NCBI RefSeq assembly: GCF_026000115.1
Contig: NZ_AP026867.1
Span: 2,777,716 to 2,841,715, forward strand
Reading direction: 5' to 3'
Origin: Aureispira anguillae
GTDB taxonomy: Bacteria > Bacteroidota > Bacteroidia > Chitinophagales > Saprospiraceae
DNA length: 64,000 bases
Shown here piece by piece: positions 19,298 to 29,248 of the stretch. Made by a program: the position numbers and the translations under genes. Position 1 is the stretch's first letter. Each line of letters starts with the position of its first letter. The notes under the pieces were generated by a model. The model was not told where the DNA came from. It saw nothing but the letters and a program-made list of their open reading frames with translations, and did no database searches.

Positions 19298-22200
19298 ATA
19301 CATCGTACATTTTAAGGGTTCCCAATACCAATTCTAGCGTATTCCCATTGGCAGTTGTGACCAAGCGTTCTTTTCTTTTTAGGTTGGTTATTGCCTTGTT
19401 ATAAATAGGATTGTTAGAAACCGTAATTAATTTGCCATTTTGATAATGAAAATAATACCAATTACCACTGGCTGCGGTTAGATAATAAATGAGTGCATCG
19501 CCGTCCCGATCATTGGGCAGAATTGCTAGTTTTCCATCTACTAATTGTCCAAGGTGCTGACTTCCGATGCTGACCAACTGTAACGATTTATTTTTAGATT
19601 GAAAGGACATCGTTTTAGCATTCCAAAACAAAGGATTATGGATGAAAAAGAAATCCTGTCTTTTATTTTTAGGCAATTGTAAGTCACCCTGATTTTTAAA
19701 CCTTTTCCACAATCTATCAAACAAGTTTTTGTCCTTTATCCAATTTTGTAAATGCTGTGCAAAATCAAGCTTATTGATACGGTTATAATCCAAAGGGTGT
19801 TTTAGGTTTTCGTCAGACAAAAAATCAGCCACCATCAATGCCTTAAGAACAGTGGGCAATTTAAAATCAATTCCCATCGTTATTTCAAAATGACAGTCCT
19901 TTTCTGAGTTGAGTAGATAGGTACAATTCCCTACCATGTCCAAGCCGATTTGAGGCATTCCCTTTTTATTAAATCCCTTATCCCAATTAAATCGCCCATC
20001 AATGACAACTTTTTGGCGCTGTTCATTTATTTTCAATACATCTCCCACTGTATTCCCCGCTAACAACCTAGCAGCACTCCCCCAGCAATAATTGCCATGC
20101 TCTGAATCAAATTTAAAAATATCGATTGTTTCAAAAATGGCTCGATCACTTGCCCGCTTTGGAGCACCCAAAATAGTAGTGTACAAACCGATAGAATCCA
20201 AATTTAGGTACAAACCTGTATATAAATTTTTATTGCTAAGTTGCTTCGATCGTTGGAGTTGAAGATATACATTTTGCTTGTCTATGCTTGACTGAATAGG
20301 AAACCATTGTTGATTGGGGAAGATAGAAGAGGCAAGTTTAGCTTCTCCTTCAAAAGATAATAACTTAGATTGCGCATAAAGTTTAACCTTCCCCTTAAAT
20401 TGAAGGTGCTGCCCCAAATAAAAACTAGCACTTTCATCTATTTTACCTTCTGCTGTTGTTACGGATTCGTGCTCAGATACTCGTTGCGTTTGAAGATTAG
20501 GCAATGCAATTTTTTGAAGCCTACCATTTCCCCAATCAAAGGTCAAAAAACCTTTTCCCTTATATGCATTCTTGTTTAAAATACTTATTTCAGCATCCTG
20601 AATTAGGTGATTTTGATGCAAGGTATCCGCAATAACAATGGCTCCTTTTAAGGGCTTTAGTTTAGCGGCTCCTTCTAGTAATACCTGCCCCTTATTAGGG
20701 TAAATAAACGCATCTGCTACCCGAATGTAATCCACGCCATCAATTTTAAGCTGCCCTGTTTCCAAATTATAATCCGCCTTTGTTCCTTTAAATTTCAAAG
20801 CGTCTTGCGCTGCCTCCGTTGCTAAAAAGAACCCCTTTTTACCATTTGTCCTTTCCATCAAGATATGGTTCGTTGCCATATTCCAATGAAATTGATCCAA
20901 AGAAGTTTGATATTTATTATAGGGCAATTCTGTAATCAAATTTTCTTCTTGAACAATAAAATCAGCGATCTTTTGCTTAAAGTCAATCTTCAACGCAACA
21001 TTTTCATTTTCAAAACCAAATTTTTGTGCCCCATTTGCTTTTAGTATAACAGCAGCCGAAGATGAACTCAGCCCATTCTGTCCAAATTCATAATCTCCCT
21101 TAGGGTTTGACTCAATGGTAGCTCCTGACCAATCAAAAGTCCCTCGACCTTTTAATCCTTCGGTTGTCAAAGTTAGCTGACCATCTAAGGAACAATTTTG
21201 TTGCTCAAACAATCGAAAAGGGAAACCTTCCCCTAAGGCAGAATTTAGGCATAGGCTATCTTGGTAAGGCAACCAACGCACCTTTATATTTTCGCCTTCT
21301 ACCCTAGGAAATTCAATTCCTGCCTGCACAGAAGCACTCAAACTAAACTGTTCAACAGCATTAGCCGTTAACAATTCTGGCAAAAAAGTAATCGCATTGG
21401 CTAGCATTGAAGCGCCTAAGCAACTGAATCTGCCCTTGCCCATCAAGCCTGCATTAGAAAGTTCTAAAACACCACTAAAGGTTCCCAAGCCATTTTTTAG
21501 ATGGCGACAATAAATAGCCTCAGGCTTATGATTGGGAATAAGCATCCTAAACCCCAAAGACAAATCGTGGTACATCACCCTCAATGGCGTTGTTATAGGA
21601 GCAAAAATATTGGCAGCATACAAACTCCCATTAAATGACAATTGCGCTGGTTTTAACTCATCTAAAGCATTGAGAACAAATGGTTCTAACTGATAATAAA
21701 ACGTTGCTCTAGGATAGCTGTTTTTGCCTTGAAGATTTCGTTGGTCATAATAGGCCCTAGAAAAAGTCGTTGATTCAAAAGAAGGAAATTTAGTCGCACT
21801 CTTTTTTCGTCCAGATTTATTGGTGGGTGAATCTATTGATAAAACACCTTTTGCTCCTTCTAAAACCGTCTGAATCGCTTCCAATTCTCTCGTCGGATTT
21901 CCTTGTGAATCAACCGCTCTTGCAGGAGGGGAATTTTCTTTTTGTTGCGCCCACTGGTTGTTGTATTTTTTGCGTTTATAAATAAAAAAATTTAGCCTAT
22001 CGATCTTTTCCAAGCCCACTTGGTAAGTCGTATAATTAAACTTAAAATCTCGCCCTAAAAAATCACAATTTCCTGCACTTAATTGCCCCTCAAAATGTAG
22101 ATTTCCCTTCTCCAAACAACGCACAGTCTTCTGTGGCTGCACAAAAACTTGTTGAGAATCGCTCAATAAAAATTGACGAACTCCAAAAACCGCAAGTTCT

Positions 22201-24071
22201 TTTTTATCAATATTTAAAACTGCATTGTTTTTTTTACTTTTTGAGTTAGAAGGCAAGGCTAACAACCTTATTTTATCATAATCGTGTTCAATTTTTTGCC
22301 GATTGGTAGATGTTATATAATGAAATAACTTTTTGCGCAATCGCAGCCTGCCCTTTGATTTATTATAAATCAAAAAACCATCTTTTTCCATCCGTAGATA
22401 CAAGGGCAATGTGGTTTCTTTATTAAACGTTGAGTTGGCAATTAGAGTGGGCATTTTTTTTACATCCATTGCCGCAAATCGGTACAACAGACCACTTCCT
22501 CGCATAAAATCGCTAAAATCCTGTTGTTCTTCTATTATTTTAAAACTCGTATTTTTTCGAGCACGTTGAATCTCATTGGAGGTCATCAAAATGACCTTTT
22601 CCATTCGCTTATCCAAGACCAAAGCCAAGTCGTTTGCATCCAGCCAATGTTCAGATGGATTAAGATTAGTATCAATAGATGCGTTCAATTTTATTCCATA
22701 CAACCCCATTTTAATAAGTGGATTAACCATTCCCAAGCTTTGATAAGCAGTGACCAAACCTTCATCAAAATAAGCCTCTGAGGAAAAGAGGGCATTTTGA
22801 TTATTATCACCAAATGCTATCGTATTGCTATCGATCTGCCACTCTACCCTATTCGCAGTTATGTTCATCGCCTGTAAGGAGTTGGCATAAGCCACTTCCG
22901 AAATTTTTCGTTGGGTTCGAGTTAATAGGATGGTTCTTAACTTGGGGTCGTATAAAAAATTAATCTCAGGATGGCAGATCGAATCTAAACTTCCATTTAC
23001 ACCATGAAGATAAAGGGTTGTGGTTGCAGCAAGCGATTGAATCTGCCCATTTTTTAGCCAATCAAATGCAGCACTTTCAATCTTTGCAATACGCCGTTGC
23101 GCTTTATTTTGTAGGTAAATGGTTGCGGTTGTATCTACTTTGCCTAACAACTGAAGTTTTTCCCCTTCTAAAATCCAACCCCCTTTTGCCTTTATCCCTT
23201 TGCGTTCTTGCTCTAGTTCGGCAATCGCTGATTTAAAGATAGGATGGCGAAAAGAAGCAATACTTCTTTTCCTTATTTTATGGTCTAAAACTCCTTGCAA
23301 GGGCGGCGCATTTCCAAACCAATTATAAAGCCTTACCTCAGATGCACTATAAAAATCATGAACCGTATTGATCTGGTATTCGCCCAATAACGCATAGGGG
23401 CTTTGTTGATCCTTCTTCCTCCAATTGACCCTTCCGCCCAATCCTTCCCAATGCTTTTCCAAAGGAAAATAACTCCCCTGTGTATTTAGAATACTTAGCG
23501 AATCCTTTTGAGCATAACAATAAAGATTGGTTTTGGAGTAATTAACAGCCAAGCGCCCTTCTTCATAGCTCCAATCAAAAGATGAGCTTGAAGCAAGCCA
23601 TTGATGGACTGCTTTTGGAGCTTCATACAATTGCCCTGTCTCCAAAAAAATACTAACCCATTTCAAATAGTCTTCTACTTTCGTATTAGCAGTTGTTTTG
23701 TCTAAAAATTGCCTAGTGATACGGAGCCACTTCTCCAATTCTGAAAACGAGAGCTGTTTATCTTTTGAAAAGGTATTTATAATGGTCAGTAAATACTGAA
23801 AAACAATAGCTTTTTGGGTATGTTTTAATAATTTGTTGCCAATTAAGGCGAGTGCCTGATAATGCGCTTTTGAGAGTTGTTGTTCTTCTTGCTGTCTCTT
23901 AAATTCGGCTAAGGTCAAGGCAGCAATTTTTGTTTTTTGAGGCTTCAACATTTTTTCAAAAAACTGATAGCAGGCTCTTGGGTCACTGGATATAGAATCT
24001 ACATCTTGCCCCTTCAAACCAACATTAGTTAAACATAAGCAAACAAATAACAAGATTTTAAAACGTTTCAT
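19269..24071 (-). CDS. Very large (1600 aa) secreted protein of unknown function, possibly AsmA/TamB-like
   Basis: Signal peptide 'MKRFKILLFVCLCLTNVGLKGQD'. Long beta-rich region without TM helices. The 3' end overlaps the convergent gene 16898..19297 by 29 bp. No catalytic motif recognised. Confidence 0.6.
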   Translation of the reverse strand: MKRFKILLFVCLCLTNVGLKGQDVDSISSDPRACYQFFEKMLKPQKTKIAALTLAEFKRQQEEQQLSKAHYQALALIGNKLLKHTQKAIVFQYLLTIINTFSKDKQLSFSELEKWLRITRQFLDKTTANTKVEDYLKWVSIFLETGQLYEAPKAVHQWLASSSSFDWSYEEGRLAVNYSKTNLYCYAQKDSLSILNTQGSYFPLEKHWEGLGGRVNWRKKDQQSPYALLGEYQINTVHDFYSASEVRLYNWFGNAPPLQGVLDHKIRKRSIASFRHPIFKSAIAELEQERKGIKAKGGWILEGEKLQLLGKVDTTATIYLQNKAQRRIAKIESAAFDWLKNGQIQSLAATTTLYLHGVNGSLDSICHPEINFLYDPKLRTILLTRTQRKISEVAYANSLQAMNITANRVEWQIDSNTIAFGDNNQNALFSSEAYFDEGLVTAYQSLGMVNPLIKMGLYGIKLNASIDTNLNPSEHWLDANDLALVLDKRMEKVILMTSNEIQRARKNTSFKIIEEQQDFSDFMRGSGLLYRFAAMDVKKMPTLIANSTFNKETTLPLYLRMEKDGFLIYNKSKGRLRLRKKLFHYITSTNRQKIEHDYDKIRLLALPSNSKSKKNNAVLNIDKKELAVFGVRQFLLSDSQQVFVQPQKTVRCLEKGNLHFEGQLSAGNCDFLGRDFKFNYTTYQVGLEKIDRLNFFIYKRKKYNNQWAQQKENSPPARAVDSQGNPTRELEAIQTVLEGAKGVLSIDSPTNKSGRKKSATKFPSFESTTFSRAYYDQRNLQGKNSYPRATFYYQLEPFVLNALDELKPAQLSFNGSLYAANIFAPITTPLRVMYHDLSLGFRMLIPNHKPEAIYCRHLKNGLGTFSGVLELSNAGLMGKGRFSCLGASMLANAITFLPELLTANAVEQFSLSASVQAGIEFPRVEGENIKVRWLPYQDSLCLNSALGEGFPFRLFEQQNCSLDGQLTLTTEGLKGRGTFDWSGATIESNPKGDYEFGQNGLSSSSAAVILKANGAQKFGFENENVALKIDFKQKIADFIVQEENLITELPYNKYQTSLDQFHWNMATNHILMERTNGKKGFFLATEAAQDALKFKGTKADYNLETGQLKIDGVDYIRVADAFIYPNKGQVLLEGAAKLKPLKGAIVIADTLHQNHLIQDAEISILNKNAYKGKGFLTFDWGNGRLQKIALPNLQTQRVSEHESVTTAEGKIDESASFYLGQHLQFKGKVKLYAQSKLLSFEGEAKLASSIFPNQQWFPIQSSIDKQNVYLQLQRSKQLSNKNLYTGLYLNLDSIGLYTTILGAPKRASDRAIFETIDIFKFDSEHGNYCWGSAARLLAGNTVGDVLKINEQRQKVVIDGRFNWDKGFNKKGMPQIGLDMVGNCTYLLNSEKDCHFEITMGIDFKLPTVLKALMVADFLSDENLKHPLDYNRINKLDFAQHLQNWIKDKNLFDRLWKRFKNQGDLQLPKNKRQDFFFIHNPLFWNAKTMSFQSKNKSLQLVSIGSQHLGQLVDGKLAILPNDRDGDALIYYLTAASGNWYYFHYQNGKLITVSNNPIYNKAITNLKRKERLVTTANGNTLELVLGTLKMYDVFKKKMIDQF

Positions 24072-24331
24072 GCGAAAGGGTTTTAGTGTAAGGGTATTAG
24101 AAGTTATGACAAATGAAATGATATGGCTGCCAATTTATTTTTTCCTATACAATTCGTAATAACTTCTATTAGCTACGCTGATTTTTGGTTCCTAAAGCGA
24201 TCATAACGGATGAAGATATTGCCTTTTTATACGAGATCTGGCGAAAAGTAACGTTCTAAATTCATTTTTATTTTGCAGATAATTTAAATTTAAATATATT
24301 TAATATTATTGCACATTTTAAAATTCCCCTC

Positions 24332-24910
24332 ATGGCTAAGTTATTTAAAGGGCTTTTTTACCTGCTAAGTTTATGCTGTATTTTTATTGTTGGTTATGCG
24401 CTCCTCCAAAATTCGGGTGGGGAAAATTTATTTCAATCAACAACCCAAAACATTAAAGCGGCCAGCTTATTCTCCAATAATTTATCTGCACACAATTTGT
24501 TTTCTACTGTTGAATCCAAAATCGAAATTGACATCAAAAAGGGAAAGTTGTATTTGTATCCAACGCAAGTTGTCTATGCCACTAAAATAAACAATACCAT
24601 GAGGATTGTTTATAAATCTGCTTCCAAAGAATACCGAACAGCAATTTTAAGCATTAATCTAAAAGACTTGTTAGACAAACTCCGCTCAACTAGAAATAGT
24701 GCTGATTTTATTGCCGAAAAAAGCTTTTTGGCAAATCTTAATTGCATTGAACGTTTCCAGAAAGAACTTAGAGAGGAATTTCGTTCAAAGGTTACCTATG
24801 ATAAACATATCATCATGGAAGATGCTTTTAAAATAAAACTAACGCAAAAATTTGATGGTTCAAGCCTAATTGATAAGATTAATCACCGCCATTTTGTAGA
24901 AACAAACTAA
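24332..24910 (+). CDS. Hypothetical membrane-anchored protein
   Basis: N-terminal TM 'LFYLLSLCCIFIVGYALL'. No recognised domain. Confidence 0.45.
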   Translation: MAKLFKGLFYLLSLCCIFIVGYALLQNSGGENLFQSTTQNIKAASLFSNNLSAHNLFSTVESKIEIDIKKGKLYLYPTQVVYATKINNTMRIVYKSASKEYRTAILSINLKDLLDKLRSTRNSADFIAEKSFLANLNCIERFQKELREEFRSKVTYDKHIIMEDAFKIKLTQKFDGSSLIDKINHRHFVETN

Positions 24911-25111
24911 CACGCTCAAAAAAATTTAAAATTTTTTTTGCTGGATTTCAATTCAAAAACTTAGGATTTCAACTCTAAATGTTGGCAGTTCATTTTTCGT
25001 CTTTTTCTACCCCTTTTTTTTCTTATAATTTTATTTCATCTTTGTATAACAACAGATGGTCAAAATTTTGCATTGATCCAATCTATTTTTCACAATTAAA
25101 AAACTAAGAAA

Positions 25112-25249
25112 ATGAGCAAGAAAATTGATCCAAAAGACAATCAATCGAATCAACAGAATGCCAACAAAGGAACAGATGGAACGAACAAACAGTACGATCA
25201 AGCCCAAGGCAATCGAGGAACACAACTAAATCCCAATCAGAAAGATTAA
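25112..25249 (+). CDS. Candidate small hydrophilic protein (45 aa) 'MSKKIDPKDNQSNQQNANKGTDGTNKQYDQAQGNRGTQLNPNQKD'
   Basis: Not in the supplied track (under 60 aa). Start context similar to the next sORF ('cacaattaaa...ATGAGCAAG'). Composition resembles small stress-induced hydrophilins. Confidence 0.3.
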   Translation: MSKKIDPKDNQSNQQNANKGTDGTNKQYDQAQGNRGTQLNPNQKD

Positions 25250-25293
25250 GGTAGATTTTAAATTATTTATTCCACAATTAAATCATTAATACG

Positions 25294-25401
25294 ATGAGCA
25301 AGACTAAAAACCGCCCGTCAAATGGGCCAAGTACTACAGGCAATAAATCAGGGAAAGGAAGAGGCAACAATCCGCCTGCTCCAAAGCCTAAAAAAACGTA
25401 G
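25294..25401 (+). CDS. Candidate small hydrophilic protein (35 aa) 'MSKTKNRPSNGPSTTGNKSGKGRGNNPPAPKPKKT'
   Basis: Tandem to the previous sORF. Shares the 'MSK' start and upstream 'ccacaattaaa' motif. Confidence 0.3.
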   Translation: MSKTKNRPSNGPSTTGNKSGKGRGNNPPAPKPKKT

Positions 25402-25534
25402 TTTTACCTAAGTACAGAATGAGTCAATGCAATTGTTGTTAAATTGGCTCATTCTTAAATAACTAAGCACAATCAATTCTGTCCAGTACTCGATTAAAAA
25501 ATAGTTAGAAATTTTTGTTACAGTGTACTTATGC

Positions 25535-26761
25535 TTAATTTTGCACTTTAGAAACAGGTCTAGGACGGATCAACTCCTTATAAAAATCCAGCAAGCGGTT
25601 GGCAATGGATACATTGTCATAATGCTGGTGAATAAAATCGGCCGCAGCCATTCCTACTTCTGTTACAAAATCGGAATTGTCGTAACAACGAATAATTTCA
25701 CGAGCAAAAGCAGACGCTTCGTTCGCAATCAAAACTTCTTTGTTGTGTCGAGCATGGATTCCTTCTAGCCCCAAATCTGTGCTTAGTACTACTTTGCCCA
25801 ATGCCATGCCTTCCAATATTTTAACTCGCATACCACTCCCCGAAAAAAGAGGCACGAGCATAACATCGTGAGAATTGATAAAATCTGATGCACTTGGAAC
25901 CTCGCCATGAATGACCACATTCTTCCACTTTTTTTCGAGCAAAGTAGCGGGTGTGTTTCGCCCTGCAATATGAAAAACAGCATCGGGAACGGCTTCTAAT
26001 ACCTTGGGCCAAACCGCTTCCAAAATCCATTCTATCCCTTCTATATTGGGCATCCAATCTAAGGAACCTATAAAACAAAACGTAGGCTGTTTTTGCTCGG
26101 TTCTTTTTTGTTTATAGTCCTCCAATTCTAAACCAATAGGAGTTACATGAGCAGGAATTTTGCAGCCCAATTTTTTGAAAAAATTCAAATCTCGCTCCGT
26201 AATGGCTACCATCATATCATACTTATTCAAGTATTCTAGCTCAAAATTCTCTAGGCGTTTGGTTAACAAACTCAGATAAACCTTTTTGGCACCAATAGAG
26301 GTATTATCCGTTATTCTTTTCCAAATTTCATGTTCTACATTGTGCGAACGCATCACCACCTTTGCCTTAGAATACTTCTTAATGGTATCTACATAAGGGG
26401 CTAAATAGAGCGTTTCTAACTGTACAATATCGTAGTCGTTTTGAGTTAGCAGTTCGATTAATTTAGCATCAAAATGGGGTGAGATAAAGCGTGATATGTG
26501 ATAAGATTGGCTGCTAAACAAATTCAGAAAGGCATCTTTAATTTTTAATCGATTATCAACATCTACCAAATGCATTGCTTCATAATGGTCAAAGCTTTTA
26601 GGCACCTCCTTTTCATCAAAAAAATGTTTGCTTGTATTCATCCCCAGCAAAGTTACCTCACAATCCAATTTATTCAAAGCCTTCGCTAAATAAGTAATCG
26701 CAATAGCTTCACCATCTTTTAATGGAAAGGGGAATTTTTTACACAACTGAAGTATTTTCAT
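25535..26761 (-). CDS. Glycosyltransferase family 4 (GT-B fold, 'glycosyl transferases group 1')
   Basis: C-terminal 'GSGMRVKILEGMALGKVVLSTDLGLEGI' (EX7E-like GT4 signature region). About 400 aa. Confidence 0.8.
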   Translation of the reverse strand: MKILQLCKKFPFPLKDGEAIAITYLAKALNKLDCEVTLLGMNTSKHFFDEKEVPKSFDHYEAMHLVDVDNRLKIKDAFLNLFSSQSYHISRFISPHFDAKLIELLTQNDYDIVQLETLYLAPYVDTIKKYSKAKVVMRSHNVEHEIWKRITDNTSIGAKKVYLSLLTKRLENFELEYLNKYDMMVAITERDLNFFKKLGCKIPAHVTPIGLELEDYKQKRTEQKQPTFCFIGSLDWMPNIEGIEWILEAVWPKVLEAVPDAVFHIAGRNTPATLLEKKWKNVVIHGEVPSASDFINSHDVMLVPLFSGSGMRVKILEGMALGKVVLSTDLGLEGIHARHNKEVLIANEASAFAREIIRCYDNSDFVTEVGMAAADFIHQHYDNVSIANRLLDFYKELIRPRPVSKVQN

Positions 26762-26892
26762 CTTTTATTAATTTTCTAAGGACAGCACCAACTCTGCTTG
26801 TTGACTCGCAAGCAAAGCGAGCTATATAACAGCTTAATAGGATAAATTACACGCTTAAAATAGCTCTATTCCAGCTATCAAAGTCTAAAAGT

Positions 26893-27642
26893 CTACCGAG
26901 TAAACATCAATTCACGCTCGGTAGAAAGCGCTTCATTAAACTGGTAACTATCTAAATCAAAGGACTTCATATCCTCAGGGTTTTGCAAACGATTTTTGAC
27001 CACATATTGTGCCATCATTCCTCTTGCTTTTTTGGCAAAAAAGGAAATGACCTTATATTTTCCGTTTCTTAGTTCTTTAAAATTGACCGTCCATAGGTTG
27101 CCGTTTAGCTCTTTCTTTTTTATTGCTTTAAAATATTCGTTGGAGGCTAAGTTGACAATATCCTTTGTTTGGGTAGCATTAATTTGCTCGGTAATGGTCG
27201 ATTTCCAAAACTCGTATAAATTATTGGCTTGGCGAATTTTAAGTTTTGTCCCCATTTCCAACCGATAAGGCTGCATCAAATCTAGGGGTCTCAAAAAACC
27301 ATATAAGCCAGATAAAATCCCAATGTGCTCTTGTGCAAAGGCTAATTCTTTTTCATCAAATGTTTCAGCCGCCAAGCCTTGATAAACATCCCCCTTAAAA
27401 GCCAAGATTGCTTGTTTGGCATTCGATAGGTCAAAAGGAACTGAAAAATTATTAAACCGTTCTACATTCAAATCTGCTATCTTTTCGCTGACTCCCATTA
27501 GCTTTTGTAGCTTTGGGGCATCAAAGGTTTGCATTTTTTTGATCAATTTTTGACTCTGCGCTAACAATTGAGGTTGCGTGTAATTTTGAACGGATGTGGC
27601 TTGAAAATCTAGTGTTTTGGCTGGTGATAATAATAATAGCAT
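26893..27642 (-). CDS. yaaA: Peroxide stress protein YaaA (UPF0246/DUF328)
   Basis: Characteristic N-terminus 'MLLLLSPAKTLDF'. About 250 aa. Confidence 0.8.
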   Translation of the reverse strand: MLLLLSPAKTLDFQATSVQNYTQPQLLAQSQKLIKKMQTFDAPKLQKLMGVSEKIADLNVERFNNFSVPFDLSNAKQAILAFKGDVYQGLAAETFDEKELAFAQEHIGILSGLYGFLRPLDLMQPYRLEMGTKLKIRQANNLYEFWKSTITEQINATQTKDIVNLASNEYFKAIKKKELNGNLWTVNFKELRNGKYKVISFFAKKARGMMAQYVVKNRLQNPEDMKSFDLDSYQFNEALSTERELMFTR

Positions 27643-28163
27643 GTAGATATAGATCGTAAATTTTAAATTGAAGTTGTCAGATGTTGTTGTCTAAAAAACA
27701 ACGCCGCAAAAATAATACTAAAAAAAGAAATAGAGCATTTTTTATTAATTAAGAATCTATATTCATACAAAACAGCTAATAATATCGTTCTACTACCAAA
27801 AAGAATTTATTGCTTCTAAGTAAGTCGATGGACCATACCATTAGCAATACTGCTAATGTGTGGTTATCAAAGAAGCAATTTTCTATTTTACAGCTTGTTC
27901 TAGGAATAGCTCTACTTTTTTAGGGCAAATTCCATTTATTTTTTAATTTTAGGTCAAAATTATAATACTCCGCTGATTGGCTCCCTATGGTCATGAGATA
28001 GTTGTTTAGTTTTTGAAGAAAAAAACATAAAAAGCATCTTACATAAATTTGATAATCAGCATTTTAATACTTTGACCAACAAGATTACACGTTGCTAATT
28101 ATCAAGTTGATACGATTTTCTAGCGGAGTAATGAATTAACTACCATATAGATATCAATACTTT

Positions 28164-28913
28164 ATGTACAAAAACAAAAAAGTTGTGGTCGTTTTGCCAG
28201 CATACAATGCTGCTGAAACACTTGAAATGACATACAAAGAAATTCCTTTTGACCTTGTAGACGATGTGATTCTTTGTGATGATGCCAGTAAGGATCATAC
28301 AGCAGAAGTGGGACGTCAACTAGGAATTAAGCATATCATCATCCATGAAAACAATAAGGGATATGGTGGAAATCAAAAATCACTCTACAATAAAGCACTA
28401 GAAATTGGTGCTGATATTGTCATTATGCTGCATCCCGATTATCAATATACGCCCAAATTAATCCCCTCTATGGTGAACATCATTGGAGAAGATTTATACC
28501 CAGTAGTACTAGGTTCTAGAATTTTGGGCAAAGGAGCCCTTAAGGGAGGAATGCCGCTATATAAATACATTGCCAACCGTTTTTTAACCTTTTCTCAAAA
28601 TGTATTGGTGCGCTACAAATTGTCAGAATACCATACGGGCTACCGCTCTTTTAGCCGAGAAGTACTAGAAACCATTAATTTTAATGCCAACGATGATGAT
28701 TTTGTTTTTGACAACGAAATGCTATCTCAGATTATTTACGCTGGTTTTGATATTGGGGAAGTCACTTGCCCAACTAAGTATTTTGAAGAGGCTTCTTCTA
28801 TCAATTTAACACGCTCTATCAAATATGGCTTGGGCGTATTGGCTGTCTCAGTTAAGCACTTTTTTAATAAACTAGGTGTCCTTAAGTCGCCCATTTATAA
28901 ACGATTAAAATAA
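28164..28913 (+). CDS. Glycosyltransferase family 2 (polyprenol-phosphate/Dpm1-like)
   Basis: 'VVVVLPAYNAAETLE', 'DDASKDHT', D-x-D-like region. 249 aa. Confidence 0.8.
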   Translation: MYKNKKVVVVLPAYNAAETLEMTYKEIPFDLVDDVILCDDASKDHTAEVGRQLGIKHIIIHENNKGYGGNQKSLYNKALEIGADIVIMLHPDYQYTPKLIPSMVNIIGEDLYPVVLGSRILGKGALKGGMPLYKYIANRFLTFSQNVLVRYKLSEYHTGYRSFSREVLETINFNANDDDFVFDNEMLSQIIYAGFDIGEVTCPTKYFEEASSINLTRSIKYGLGVLAVSVKHFFNKLGVLKSPIYKRLK

Positions 28914-28938
28914 GAATCGTTAAATTGAATTTAAAACG

Positions 28939-28995
28939 TTGCCAATTTGAAGGGAAACTCTGTAGCAACTTCTTCAAATTGGCAATTATTCTTTT
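28939..28995 (+). terminator. Rho-independent terminator after the GT2 gene
   Basis: TTGCCAATTTGAAG...CTTCAAATTGGCAA 14-bp stem then TTATTCTTTT. Confidence 0.6.
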
Positions 28996-29248
28996 GCCCC
29001 TCCTTTCCTTCCTACCACTACGGATTTTTCTAATTGGAACCGTTTTTTTATGTTAACCCGTTCCCACCCTAAACTTGCTTCTGCTTTTAGAAGCCCCCCT
29101 TAGCAACAGCCTCTTTGTAAGCTCCTCCAAGAAAATTAGAGAAATAAGACTTTTCTTAAAGGGGTATTCTTATATTGCAAAATAGACCTATCCTATAGTA
29201 TCTATTACGTTAATACTTCAAAGAATCCACTTAGAGCCATTTTCTATT

